Source: Salpingoeca rosetta (Eukaryota > Protista > Choanoflagellata). Taken from it: a DNA stretch of 64,000 nucleotides. A program made the position numbers and the translations under genes. Each line of letters starts with the position of its first letter. The first letter of the stretch is position 1. The notes under the pieces were generated by a model. It was not told where the DNA came from. It saw nothing but the letters and a program-made list of their open reading frames with translations, and made no database searches. The stretch lies in assembly GCA_033442325.1 (NCBI GenBank), contig JAWQFM010000006.1:1749508-1813507 (forward strand). Direction: 5' to 3'. Shown in pieces: positions 30,965 through 45,305 of this stretch.

Positions 30965-31190
30965 AGGAAATGACACCAAGAGGTGAGACACCAGTGAGAG
31001 CATGTTTTCGCGTGCCATTACGAAGGAGCGTTGTTTATATAAGAGCGTGTTTCACGTCAACACAGTTGCATTAATAAAGATAAATAGGTTGCCCCCCCCC
31101 AAAAAAAAAAGGAGCTCTGGAACCAGACAAACGGCTTGGGTGTAGAACCAAACACAGCGCATGCGCACGCAATTGTGCAAGTCTCGATCT

Positions 31191-31233
31191 CTACAGCAGC
31201 ACACACATCTTCGACTTTGGCGCAGCAAGCGAC

Positions 31234-31321
<88 letters not shown>

Positions 31322-31529
31322 GCCACTGCTGAAACCGCTTCATCAGCAGCGCCGCCGGTGCCAGACGAATACCGGCTGCATGCAGGGACTCGCATGACAC
31401 CTGACCAGACTCTACGAGGATGGCGAGCAGGTCAAAGCTGACCACACCAAGGTGCAGGAATGTGGCGTGGACGTGTGAATACAGCTTGCTTGATTCAAGC
31501 CACGCCTTGAACTCTGGGTCAAACTGTGG

Positions 31530-31627
<98 letters not shown>

Positions 31628-34252
31628 GCAGTGGTGCCTGCGCGGAACATGGACAGAGGAGAATGACAGGATACAAAGGAGCTATGGCGTGAGTGATGGG
31701 GTATGAACATGCACACACGCAGGCACACACAGGCACACACAGGCACACACAGGCACACACAGGCACGCACGTGCGTCCTCACCCTCTGCACGCCGGTATC
31801 CCGTGCAGACGCCACGACCGTGCGAATGGTGTCTGCGTGCACGCGCAGCTGCTGTGCACGATCACCACCAGCAGCGCCAAACTCAACCACGGCGTCGATA
31901 TCAAACAGCGCCAGCACAGCCGCTCGTACCGTGGCGTGCTGCTGTGGTGGCGGCACGTGCAGCACTTGCGTGAAGTACTGGTCAAGGGCTGTGGCTGTCG
32001 CTTTGCTGACAACATCTGGCAAGGTCATCGCCAGCTCGCGAATGCCATGCAGCGAGTCACCTGCAGTCTCGTTGGCAGCGGTACGGTCACCGGCTGTGCT
32101 GTGGCTGTTGTGCCACGCGCGACCCACAAACATGGGCACAACACGACGCAGACGAATCGTGCCAGCGAGCTGATGTGCCCGGGACTGCAGTGCCAGCATC
32201 GTCATCCACTCCAGCAGCACGTTGTCGCAGTAATCGTCTTCGTTCAGTGTCTGCATGCGCGCAAGAGCACCCGCAGAGACAATGGGGCAGGCCACCAGGC
32301 TCAGCCCAATCGCCGTCATGAACGACAGCTTAAAGTTGAGGCCCGTCTCCAGGTTGTTGGCATCCAGGAACGCGACCAGGTTGCGCTGCTCCAACAAGGG
32401 ATGCAGCGCCATCACCAGCCCGCTGTTGGCGCGTTGCCTGTGGTGAACGTATTGTGGTGATGGAGGTTGACGTGAGGAGGGGAAGTTGTGGTGGTAGGTT
32501 GCAGCGACACACACACACATACACATACACATACACATACACACGCAATACACATACACATACACATACACGCGCAATACACACACACACAACTCACCTG
32601 TAGCTGATGAAGACGTCGTACTTGTCCTGCAGACCGAGAACGGGCAAGAGAGAGCCGTACTTGGCGACCAGATCATCGAGCGACAGCAGCTGTTCGTCCA
32701 CCCACATGTCCTGCTTGCTCTTGTGGTGGTGCAGCACATCCTCAAAGAACAGCAGCGTCTTGTCGTCAAATGGCACCAACAGGCTGCTCTTCAGCTCGGG
32801 GTAGCGCCGGTGAACGGCTTGGCGCACTGTGCTATGCAGCATGTGCAGCATGGCGCGCGGCTGCGCGCTCGTGATCTTCATTTTGATGCCGCCAACAGCC
32901 GGCACAAGCTGCAGCTCAAGCTTAGTCGACTCCATGAAGCAAACAGCGTGGGTGCGGCTCAGCTTGGGCGCCTGAGATGCGCCGTGCTGCGCATGCGCCA
33001 TCACGTGGGCCAGCACCACCGTGAACAGTCCTTCGGGCAGGAAGGTCGCGTGCTTGATTCCAGCAACTTGCACGCTCGCAGCCTTCTTGAACTGCTTCAG
33101 GCTGAAAGCCACGTAGGCCGTCTTCTCCTCGTGTCCAGCGTATGGGTTGGCCTGCTGTGCTGCTGTTGTGCTCAGCGACACGGATGCCATGGTGCTGGTA
33201 TTGTGACAAATCGTCATCGGCAGGATGGCAGGGACCAGGTACTGCTGTTCTTGCTCTGTTGTGTCGGTTTTGACACTGGCGTTGTCTACTGCTGCACCGT
33301 GGCCGGCATGGCCGCTACTCGCTGTAGTGTCGCCACCCACCAGCTTGGGTGGAGAATACTCAATGCACAGCCCGTACTGCATCATGAGGCGCAGGAACGG
33401 CATCACCAAGTTGCTGTGCACGTCGTTCCACAGCACGTCCAGCAGGCGGCGGTGCAGAATGCCACAGTCAACGAGGTCGTCCCACAGCTGCGCACCAACG
33501 GCCCTCGCCTCGCTATCCCGCACGTCGTGATGCAGGTCGAAGTTGCGGATGACGCGCGTCATCGTGTCCACCGCCCACTGCGGGCTCAGGATCACATAAT
33601 CTTCCATGCCTGGCACGTGGTCGTAGTACAGGACCATGGAATACAGGTGCAGGAACTGGAGGCAGGCCCGTGTCTCGTCACGCGTGCGCAGCCCACACGT
33701 GCACGCAATGTCCACCACCTCGTCAAACGTCAGCAGCGGCCGTTTGTCGTCCTTGCTCAGTGCCATCAGTTTGTCGTAGAGATGGAGGTAGGGGACAGCC
33801 ACTTCCTGGTTCACGTACTCCTGCGCCAGTGCTGTGGAGGAGATCGTCTGGCGCAGGTCCTGGATCATGGGATCACGGATGGACTTGGTGTTGTCGACGG
33901 GCCAGAACCACAGACCATGCTTGTCGTTGTGGACGACGCCAGGGAAAGCGGGGTTGTGCCGCAGGCGGCTGTAGATGTCACGGGAGATGGCCTCATGCTG
34001 TTTCCGCTGGCTGACCACATCAGCAAAGGTGCCAACGATGAGGACGGGTGCGCCCTTGGCGTGGAGGTGAAGGGAGGAGAGCCAGTGCTCCATAAACTCC
34101 CACGTCTCATCTCGCTTGCTCTCGTCTTGGTGCAGCAGGTCCTCCATGGAAAACACCAGCAGGTACACCGCGTACCTGTTGGGTGGGGGAGCAAAAGGGT
34201 GGGGATGTGGTGAGGGTGTCAGGTGAGGGAAGGTGTGGCGGTGGACAGGAGG

Positions 34253-34323
<71 letters not shown>

Positions 34324-34853
34324 TACACGCACACAACTTGGACTCACTCTGTGAGGAAGAAAGGGTGGAAGATGTAGAAGGTGGACTGGCCGCCCAGGTC
34401 AAATACTTTGAACGTGACCCGCGCGTTTTCTTCACCGATGGTCGCGTCCAAATTGAGGTCTTTGATCGCCTTCTCCAACTCTTCGTCCACCACAGCTTGC
34501 GCAACAGCACCCGTTGTTCCTTCCGCTTGCTCACCACCACCATCGCTATTGTGTTTGTCAGACAACGGGCGAGTTGAGTCACCTTGCTTCACGTGCGCAC
34601 TCGCGGTGGATGCACCAACTGCCGCGTCGTTATCTGCATGCAACAAACCCAGACCACCACACACTTCACTGCCATCATCGCCACCCTCATCTGTGCCTTC
34701 ATGCCCTGCATCAGCTCTGCCATCTTCATCGCGCGCTTCCCTCTTCAGCCGTTGCTTGTGCGCGTGCAGCCGCTGTGCGAGCGCCGTGTCTCTCAGACTC
34801 CGCGCCGCCTCTGAGATGTTCGCCGTCACCGCCTGATAGGGAGAGACAGAGAC

Positions 34854-34921
<68 letters not shown>

Positions 34922-35908
34922 TGTGTGTGTGTGTGTGTGTGTCTGTGTGTGCAGTGAAGGTCGCGGCGCCACCGTTTCAACACCCCCTTCTCAAACAGAC
35001 TTCTTGACAACACCTGAAACAAAGCAGGTAGGAGTGAACAGCAGCGCACCTTCCACTGGCAAATCTCCATCGCGTCGAGGGTGACAGCCATGTCCTGGCT
35101 CGCGGCACCAAGGGTGGAGTGCTGGCTCTTGTTGAAGTCTTGCTCCATCAGCGATTGCAGCGTCGTCGTCTTGCCTGCTCGGCCCTCGCCCACAAGCATG
35201 AGCTTGGCCCGTGCCGCCATCTGCATGTCTCCTCTCTCCGCGATGGTACGCATCATCGCCTTCACTTCACTGAAGTAGCGAAGCGTTGCCTGCAAGCAGC
35301 ACGTGCAGCGAGTGCAACATGGACATGTCAGCCAGACAGTGAACACAAGCATTCGTCCCGGCAGATGTGTTCACGTTCACAATGGAGAGGGTGTGTGTGT
35401 GCGTGTGTGTGTGTGTGTGTGTGTGCGTGTGTGTGTGTGTGTTGCAAACAGACAGACAGACACACTGAAAGACAAAGAGACAGACACACTGAAAGACAAA
35501 GAAACAGACTCACAGACAACGTGCCCCCCCCCACACACACACACACATACACGCACACCCAGGAGTACAGGGCATCATACTCACGTCCTGCTCCTGTTCG
35601 TCTTCGTCGTCATCGGCATCAGCAATCCCGGGCTCGGCGTTGTTGAAGCGCCGCTGAAATGCTTCCTGCTCGCGGTCAGACCTGGCACATGGTATTGTGG
35701 CGACGGTGGTGGTGGTGGTGGTGGTGGTGGTGAATGAGTGGCATCAGACACACGCACACACATGTACGACATACATACATGGCTTCAGATACGCACCCCA
35801 CACTCACCAGCTGAGTTGGATGTTGCGGTCTGGCGGGAGATGCGCAGCAAACGCCTGCGCCACTTTGCGTCCATTCACTCGAAGCCTGTGCAAAGGGGAG
35901 GGGGGTTG

Positions 35909-35975
<67 letters not shown>

Positions 35976-36476
35976 GGGCAGAACGCAGCAGCGAGGCACA
36001 AGCATGGTCTGAAGAGTTGCGTACCGAAGAGTCTCCAGCGTTGAGTTTTCCTTCAACGCCTTTGCCAGTTCCGCGCCGCTTTTGGCGTTGAGTTTGCACT
36101 TGGACAGGCTGCAGTTGGACAGCAAGCAGCGACCATGGTGATGGCAATCCACATACAGGCGTGCGTGCGTGCGTGTGCGTGCGCGTGAGCACTTACAACA
36201 GTTTGCATGGTGCGTCCAAACGTGTGCTTGCGCGAGCCGGCACAATCTACCACACGACACACCACCGACATCGTATTGACTCTTTTGAAACACGTACTCG
36301 AGCAGCTTGAGGGCGGTGTTGGAGCGCAGCATGTCGGCCAGCGCCAGGGCACCGGCAGCACCGACCGAGTTGTTCTCCAACCTGCACCCGCCCACAGGCA
36401 AGATCACATGCGCAAAGCAAATGCTGGTCACCTCGTAGCACATCAAAGACAGGGAGGGACAGAGACAAACAGACAA

Positions 36477-36516
<40 letters not shown>

Positions 36517-36533
36517 ACAGATGGAGAGAGACA

Positions 36534-36594
<61 letters not shown>

Positions 36595-36833
36595 GCTGGC
36601 TGACTGACACACCTAACACGCATTTACGCACGGCCACATCCAAAAGCACATTCACACATACACGAGAGCCTCGAGTGGTGACGTTCGGAGGGCGTCCGCA
36701 AGCATGGCGACACCTTGACCTGTCAGGTTGTTCTGCTTCAGGCTGGATGGACGAACATGTGAATGGCTCATGAGCTACAGATTGGTGTACACATGGACAC
36801 GGAGAGAAAGGGAGACACACACACAGGCACAAG

Positions 36834-36911
<78 letters not shown>

Positions 36912-37086
36912 CGTACTTGACGGATTGAAGAGTGTGGTTGCTGGAGAGCATTCGGACCAAATCGCCTGCAGCGTCATCTGAGATGCGATTCCCCCACAGC
37001 CTGCACCACATCCATGGGATGGGTTACAAGAGAGCATGTGTGCAGATAAGCAGGACTCATGTGGCCAATCACACACACACACACAC

Positions 37087-37132
<46 letters not shown>

Positions 37133-37139
37133 CACACAG

Positions 37140-37203
<64 letters not shown>

Positions 37204-37990
37204 CCCGAGTTTCTGGACGGTCTTGTTTGTCTGCAGAACCTTTGCAATCGCCTTGACCCCTTGATCGCCGATGGAGCTCATGCTCATGCTGATATCACAC
37301 ACAAGTCCGAGAAGCGGCAACATGTCAAGGGGTGAGGCAACACACTCATATGTGCGTATGCAGCCAGATGGATTGGTTCCAGCAGGGTGGCGCTGTCTGG
37401 CACACGGAGAGGCTGAACGACAGCCAGCAAAAGCCAGTGGCGTGTGCACTTGTGTCTGTGAGTGTGCTGCACACGTACTAGAGCTTGGTGACGGATGCGT
37501 TGGCCTTCATGGCCTCGGCCACGCACTTTGCGCCATGGACCCCGAGGCGGAGGCCAATGAAACTGTAAACCGATCAAGCAGGCAAGAGGGCAAGCAAAGC
37601 AGGCGTGCAGCAGTGGCAGCACAGTTGTCAGTGGCAGCACAGTTGTCGGCGGTGACATCACACTTTCAAGTCTGAGCAGCAAGCAGCAAGCAGCAAGCAG
37701 ATCGGCGAGGATGCGGCTCAACGCAAAAGTCGCTCGTTCAATCGATCCAAGCTCACATTGCATCACACCCCTTTCCCCCCCCCTCTCTCTCTCTTCCTTG
37801 GCACTTGATGCTCTCATCCAATATCCAACTCATTCGCAGCTCACTCTGCCGTGTCGCCGCATGTGTTGTCTGCGATGGACAGGATCTTGTTCTTCACCAC
37901 ATCTGTGAGCTTCCCCTTGTCAAGTAAGGCCCTGAGATCCTTCTTGAACAGCGAGTCAGAGGTTGACACGGCATTGGTGGTGCTTGTCAT
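31191..37990 (-). CDS. ROCO protein: RI-like LRRs, ROC GTPase, COR, TIR, SAM-like domain, CaaX
   Basis: 28-aa RI/NLRC3-type LRRs (35808-37562). ROC P-loop KLMLVGEGRAGKTT (~35167-35190), G3 FDLGGQ and G4 IVGTFAD. COR region (~32650-33880). TIR YDVFISYR|Q...AFLD...DNVLLEW (~31850-32625). SAM-like FKAWLESSKLYSHVHATFLHLGVVSFDLL. Ends PKSKMCVLL* (TAG at 31193-31191). Confidence 0.88.
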
Positions 37991-38524
37991 GGTGGCCGGC
38001 GTAGTTGAGAGATGGATCGATTGCTTCAACGTTGTCATTCATGTCATGCGACGACCAGTGAGGACGTGGGTACAATTTGTTTGCTTGTTGCCAAGAAGCG
38101 GGAATGGATTTGCGCTCTTTTTGTCCTTGACTCCACTTCACACATAAGTTGATTTGGTGGTCAGAGCCACAGTTTACTCTTGAGTCACACCAAGGCAATA
38201 CAGTTGCCTGGCAAGCAAGAAGTACACAAAGGCACTGGTGATGAGAAGAAAGGCAAGTAGACGGGCGGAGCACTGCGATCGAAGCGAGTCCACACTCAAC
38301 AAGCAGAAACGTCGAGGGGCGTCAACTCCAGGTCGCTTGCTCATACAGTACAAGAGAAACAACCCGCCACTTCACACAGTCAAATATCACAGTTCATCAT
38401 CAAAGAGAGAAGAAAAAAGAGGGGAAGATCAAAGGCAGTCAGAACAGGGGAGAAAAGGGGGAAGGTTCAAGTACATTACAAGGGAGCAGCAAAAGGCATG
38501 ACGGCAGATGCGACATGGAGATGC

Positions 38525-38926
38525 TTAGTACTCCTGGCTCTGGGAAGCGGCCTTCTTGCCACCCTTGCCCTTGGGGATGAGGTTGCTGTGGATGTGGGGG
38601 AGGACACCACCCTGGGCGATGGTGACGCCGGAGAGGAGCTTGCTGAGCTCGTCATCGTTGCGGACGGCGAGCTGGATGTGGCGGGGGTTGATGCGGTGCT
38701 TGTTGTTGTCACGGGCAGCGTTGCCGGCGAGCTCGAGAATCTCAGCGGCGAGGTACTCCATGATGGCGGCGAGGTACACGGGGGCGCCGGCACCGATGCG
38801 CTGGGCGTAGTTGCCCTGGCGGAGATGGCGGTGGATACGGCCAACGGGGAACTGCAGACCGGCGCGGGAGGAGCGGGTCTTGCTCTTGCCAGTGGAGGCC
38901 TTGCCAGACTTGCCACGACCAGACAT
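38525..38926 (-). CDS. H2AX: Histone H2A, H2A.X type (C-terminal SQEY), intronless
   Basis: MSGRGK...[15 protein letters not shown]...IAQGGVLP...ASQSQEY*, 133 aa. Confidence 0.97.
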   Translation of the reverse strand: MSGRGKSGKASTGKSKTRSSRAGLQFPVGRIHRHLRQGNYAQRIGAGAPVYLAAIMEYLAAEILELAGNAARDNNKHRINPRHIQLAVRNDDELSKLLSGVTIAQGGVLPHIHSNLIPKGKGGKKAASQSQEY

Positions 38927-39754
<828 letters not shown>

Positions 39755-40499
39755 GCGAGCCAACCCTTTGTTCCCACGACTTGCCTCATATGTGGTCTTC
39801 CCCTGTCTCCCTCCCCTCTATCTCTCTCTTTTATCGATCCCTTCCCTCGCCCCTCTCTTTGCTCCTCGTGTACATACTCGACACCGCCGCAGGTTGCGTG
39901 TGTGTGCCTTGTGTCCGTTCTCGCTGTACGGTTGAACGGAAGAGCTCTGGTTTTGCTGTGGTGGCTCTTTGGGCTTGTCCGGCCTTGTTTCCTTCGCTGG
40001 CTGTGCGTCGCCTCCTTTGTCCTCTGTGCTGATGGCACGCCTCGAGTAAACTTGGCTCTTCTCAAAAGCCACAAACCAACAACTTGAATCATGTGCCAAT
40101 GGTGTGGGGCGTTGTAACTGAAGTGGTTGCTTGTGGAGTGTGAGCTCAAAGTACTTGAAGCTGCAAATGAGAAGAAAAGGCATGCGGATCACCTAGCAGC
40201 AAGTGTGTATCATCTGACGTGGTTTGCTAAGTGAGAATTGTCATCACATCAACTAACACTGGCTGCCCTGACTTCACGGCGATCGTGTACGCGTGTATTT
40301 TTCCATTTGAAAAGACAACCATGTCTTGTTCGACGGCACAAAACAACAATGAGAGTGAACGATGTGTGTTTGGCGGGTTACGGACAACAAACATCAAGGG
40401 TGTGGCGACTCAGCATACAGCGAAGTTGCGACACCGGCGTGCAAAACGCGCAAGAGGTGCGACAGCTGCAACATGTGCGGGCGGTGGGTTGTGGCGGGT

Positions 40500-40871
40500 T
40501 TACATGTTCTTGACAAGGGCCTCGCCAAACTCGGAGCACTTGAGGAGCGTCTTGTCGCCGTCCATGAGGCGGTGGAAGTCGTACGTGACTGTCTTGTTGG
40601 CGATGGTAGTGTCCATCGACTTGAGGATCAGGTCTGCTGCCTCCTTCCAGCCGAGGTGACGCAGCATCATCTCACCAGACAGAATCACAGAGCCCGGGTT
40701 GACCTTGTCCAGGTTGGCGTACTTGGGCGCAGTGCCGTGCGTGGCCTGGAAGGTGTGTGCGTGTGCGTGTGTGTGCGTGAGTCGTCACCTCAACTGAATA
40801 TCACAGCACAGATCGCTGGCGCAACTGCAACGAAACAATGAACCCCGCACACGCAAGGCAAACACACAAAG

Positions 40872-40962
<91 letters not shown>

Positions 40963-41438
40963 AACAAACAAACAAATAAACCAACGCCCGGGCGCACCTC
41001 GAAGATGGCGTGACCGGTCTTGTAGTTGATGTTGCCGCCGGGGGCAATGCCAATACCGCCAACTTGGGCAGCGAGCGCATCGGAGAGGTAGTCGCCGTTC
41101 AGGTTCATCGTCGCAATCACGTCAAAGTCCTTGGCGCGCGTCAGCACCTGCAAGTGGTGTGTGTGTGTGTGTGAATGTGTGTGATGTGTGTGAATGTGTG
41201 TGTATGTGTATGTGTGTGTGCGTGCGTTGAGACCTAGCCGAACGGTGCACATGTGCACAAACAAAGCAAACGCCATCCGTGCGTTCACACCTGCTGGAGA
41301 GAGATGTCGGCGATTGCGTCGCGGACGAGGAGCTTGGACTTCCATGCGCCGTTGCCGTGGGTCGGCAGGATGGCCTCAAGCACACCGCTCACCTCAGCCT
41401 GCGCAATGCCGCGTCAGGAAATGGTGTGCGTGTGTGTG

Positions 41439-41481
<43 letters not shown>

Positions 41482-41960
41482 ATCCCGAAAGGGACACAAA
41501 TCCAAACACGCACTCACACAAGCGCAATGGCTACTTCACAACATTCACTGTGTGTCATATGATCACATACGCACACACAACCATCCAAACAACGCACACA
41601 CAACCATACAAACAACGCACACACACACACCTACACACCTGGAGGGTCTGCTGCTGGGTGTCGGTCATCATGTCATAGCCAGGCTCAATGGCCTTGCAGT
41701 TCTCCACCACGTCCGTCACGCCCTGCTCGTAGTTGTCCAGGATCCAGCTCTCGCGCTCAGTCACCTGCAGCCGCCACATGTGTTCGCAGAGCAGAGCGGT
41801 GAGGGTCCATCAACGAAACACAAGGCACTGACTGCGAGCCAGTTAAAGCACACACACACGCACATATGTGCGGATGCATGCATGCAAGCAATGCAGATAC
41901 GAACCAAAACCAGCAAACAAACAGAGCAACACACATACACGCACACACACACACGCACGC

Positions 41961-42049
<89 letters not shown>

Positions 42050-42145
42050 AACAAACGAGCAAGCAAACAAGCAGGCAAGCAGGAGGGCGCACCACTTGGT
42101 CGCGGAACTTTGTGACGGCGACGTCGTAGCCCCACTGCTTGAATG

Positions 42146-42179
<34 letters not shown>

Positions 42180-43738
42180 CACCAGCGCCACGCTCCGGCG
42201 GCCGTTGTCAAGCGCATACTCAATCGCAGCCTGCAACAGGGGGGAGGGGGCGGATGGGGGTGTATTCGTCATGATGTGTGATAGAATGCGAGTCAGTCAA
42301 CGCAATGTGTGTGTGTGTGTGTGTGTGAAAGGGGAAGGCGGGGACTATGCGTGAATGCACGCTTGTCGCAACACAAACAACCAGAACAAAAACAGAAAGA
42401 GGCATGTCTTCACCAACGATCATCGCACCTCAACAAGGCGGGACGTGCCCTCCTGGGAGACAGGCTTGATGCCAAGGCCAGACGTCTCGGGAAAGCGAAT
42501 CTACGCAAACAGACGCACACAGATGTATGCATGCACAAGGTGAGCAGAGGAGAGGTGCTGCAAGCGTGTTCAGTGTGTTCAGTGTGTTCAGTGTGTTGCC
42601 ACCTACCAAACAAACGACACACAACCCCAGCCGCCAAACACGCCAGGAAGCGGGCACGACCCCCACCTTGTTACCGACGCCCTTCTCGTTGAGGAAGGCA
42701 ACGAGGTCCTTTGCGTCCTGGGTGCCGCTCTGGAACTCAATGCCGGCATAAATGTCCTCCGTGTTCTCGCGGAAGATGACCATGTTCACGTCTTCGGGCT
42801 TGCGCACAGGCGTGGGCACGCCTGCACCCCACGAAAAATGAGTGTGTGTGTGTTTGAGTGTGCGAGTGTGTGAGTGTGTGAGTGTGCGAGTGTGTGAGTG
42901 TGTGTGTTTTTGTGCGTTTGCAAGTCAGTGCGTCGAAGAGAGAGAGTGTGTGTGTGAAAGACGCGCAGGAGCCAACGAGAAGCACACACACACACACATA
43001 CACACACACGCACGCACGCACGCACGCACTAACACGTTGAAAAGTGCAGGGCACGTGCTGGCCCGCGGTTTCATGACGCACCTGTGAAGTAGACGACGGG
43101 GCGGAGGCAGACGTACAGGTCGAGCTCCTGGCGAAGGGCGACGTTCAGGGAGCGCATGCCACCGCCAATGGGGGTGGTCAGAGGCCCCTGGTGCAAAGTA
43201 AAGTTGGTGTTGTTGGGGCAACGGGAGGTGGCATGGCGTGAGGAACGAACGGGGTCGTGATGTACAAGCTGGCAGGCAATGTGCATGCGCAACAAACACA
43301 CACGTACAAACATACCCAAATCACGCAAACACGCACAAACACAAATGAACACACACACACACAAACAAATGAACATACACACACACACCTTAATACCGAC
43401 GAGGTACTTGCGGTAGGCGTCGAGGGTGGCCTCAGGAAGCCACTCGCCAGTCTGGCGGAAGGCCTTCTCGCCAGCAAGGACCTCGAGCCACTCAATCTTG
43501 CGCTCGCCATTGTAGGCCTTGGCCACGGCGCTGTCGAGCACGTACTGGGACGCACGCCAGATGTCCGGGCCGGTGCCATCACCCTCGATGAAAGGGATGA
43601 CGGGGTCGTTGGGCACCTGCAAGCGCGTGCGAGTTGATGCGCAAGAGCAAAGGGCGTAAGCGAATGCACATCAGCACGTGAGATGGAAAGCAGTTCTTTT
43701 GCGTCAGAACAAGTCATCTGACGACAGCAAAACGATAC

Positions 43739-43779
<41 letters not shown>

Positions 43780-43934
43780 AAGAGAGAGAAACAGTGTGCG
43801 ACAATAACAACAGCAGACACGCACAAATATCAACAACAAGCACAAGCACAACAGCATGCACACCAAAACACTGGCAAAACGACGACATGCCACAACAACC
43901 CCCCCCCCCCACACACACACACACACACAACCCC

Positions 43935-43965
<31 letters not shown>

Positions 43966-44087
43966 CTTCGACTGACCTGGAGGACGCCGTTGGAGTCCAT
44001 GGAGATGGTGGACGCGTTGCGCGTGGCACGCAGCAGGTTGGCGGCGCCAACGCTGGCACGGGTGGTGCGAGCAAGCATGGAGGCCAT
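40500..44087 (-). CDS. icd: NADP-dependent isocitrate dehydrogenase, bacterial (E. coli Icd-like) type, with N-terminal mitochondrial-like presequence; about 9 exons
   Basis: [16 protein letters not shown]|[79 protein letters not shown]|[17 protein letters not shown]. Arg/Ala/Thr-rich leader [25 protein letters not shown] has no acidic residues. Confidence 0.95.
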
Positions 44088-44444
44088 GACTGGTTCGATG
44101 GCGGTACGAAGGAGGAGAGGACGCTGAGGGAACAACAACAACAATCAACACAGGTGCGTGTGGTGCTGTGTGGAGATGGGAAATGGAGAGAGACAAGTGG
44201 GTCAGTGCAGTGAGTGGTGCATTCGTGCATTCGTGCACACTGGGTCAAATCCGCTGTGCGCAAAAAACGAAGAAGAATTATTTTATTTTTTGTTTTTCGC
44301 ACGCCCAATCTATTCGCGTTTGACTTGTTTACTGGAAGGAGCGAGCGAGCGGCGGCACACACAACAGCAGCACTCATGTCAACACACAAAACTCACTCAC
44401 CGCAAGCACGACCACCAAGCACAAGCACGACCGACCGACCAAGG

Positions 44445-45240
44445 ATGAGTGACGAGGGTGACCTTGGTGGGGCGAATGGCCACCGCAATGGTGCAGGGCC
44501 CAGAGGGTGCAGGGATGGTGGTGGACGGAAGGCAAAGGCTACCGTGTCCCCTGCTGGAGGGATCGCAGAGACGCCCGTGACCAGTGGAGACTTATCAGCA
44601 GAGCTCCCCACCACAGCGTTTGCGGCTGACGCAACCGACATCGATGGGGTGTGTGTATGCATGTGTGCATGTGTGTGTATGCATGTGTGTGTATACATGT
44701 ATGTATACATGTGTGGTGGCTGGTGTGTTTGCATAACATGGCTGTTGCGTGTGGATGATGGGGCGCCTTCGGAAGCGCATGCTTGCACACTCACTCATCA
44801 GCACATGCACGTGGATCTCACTCGTGTGCACAATCGTTCCAACGAACTTGTTGTGTGCAGGGCATCAAGGAGCCCGACGGAATGACATCGGTGCCCCTCT
44901 CCGGTGACACACAACACCTCGACACCTTCCTCATTGGAGACAATGACGAAATCATCGTAGGTTGCAAGGGAACGAACAACTCTGCTGCATCATGCACCGT
45001 ACTCATTGTCCCCGGGCGTGCTTGAACACTTGCGCATTGCACTCACTGTGCCGGGCGCACTTGAACACGCATGCACACACATGCGACATCACACATCACG
45101 TTGCATGTCACCATTGACACCGGATGGCTGGCTGCTCAAGGTTGAAGATCCCCACGTGAAGCGCGGCGGCGACAGCACCATCCCAGAGGCCGCCTTCAAC
45201 TTTATCAACTCTATCGTGGGCGCTGGCATCATCGGTGTGT

Positions 45241-45305
<65 letters not shown>

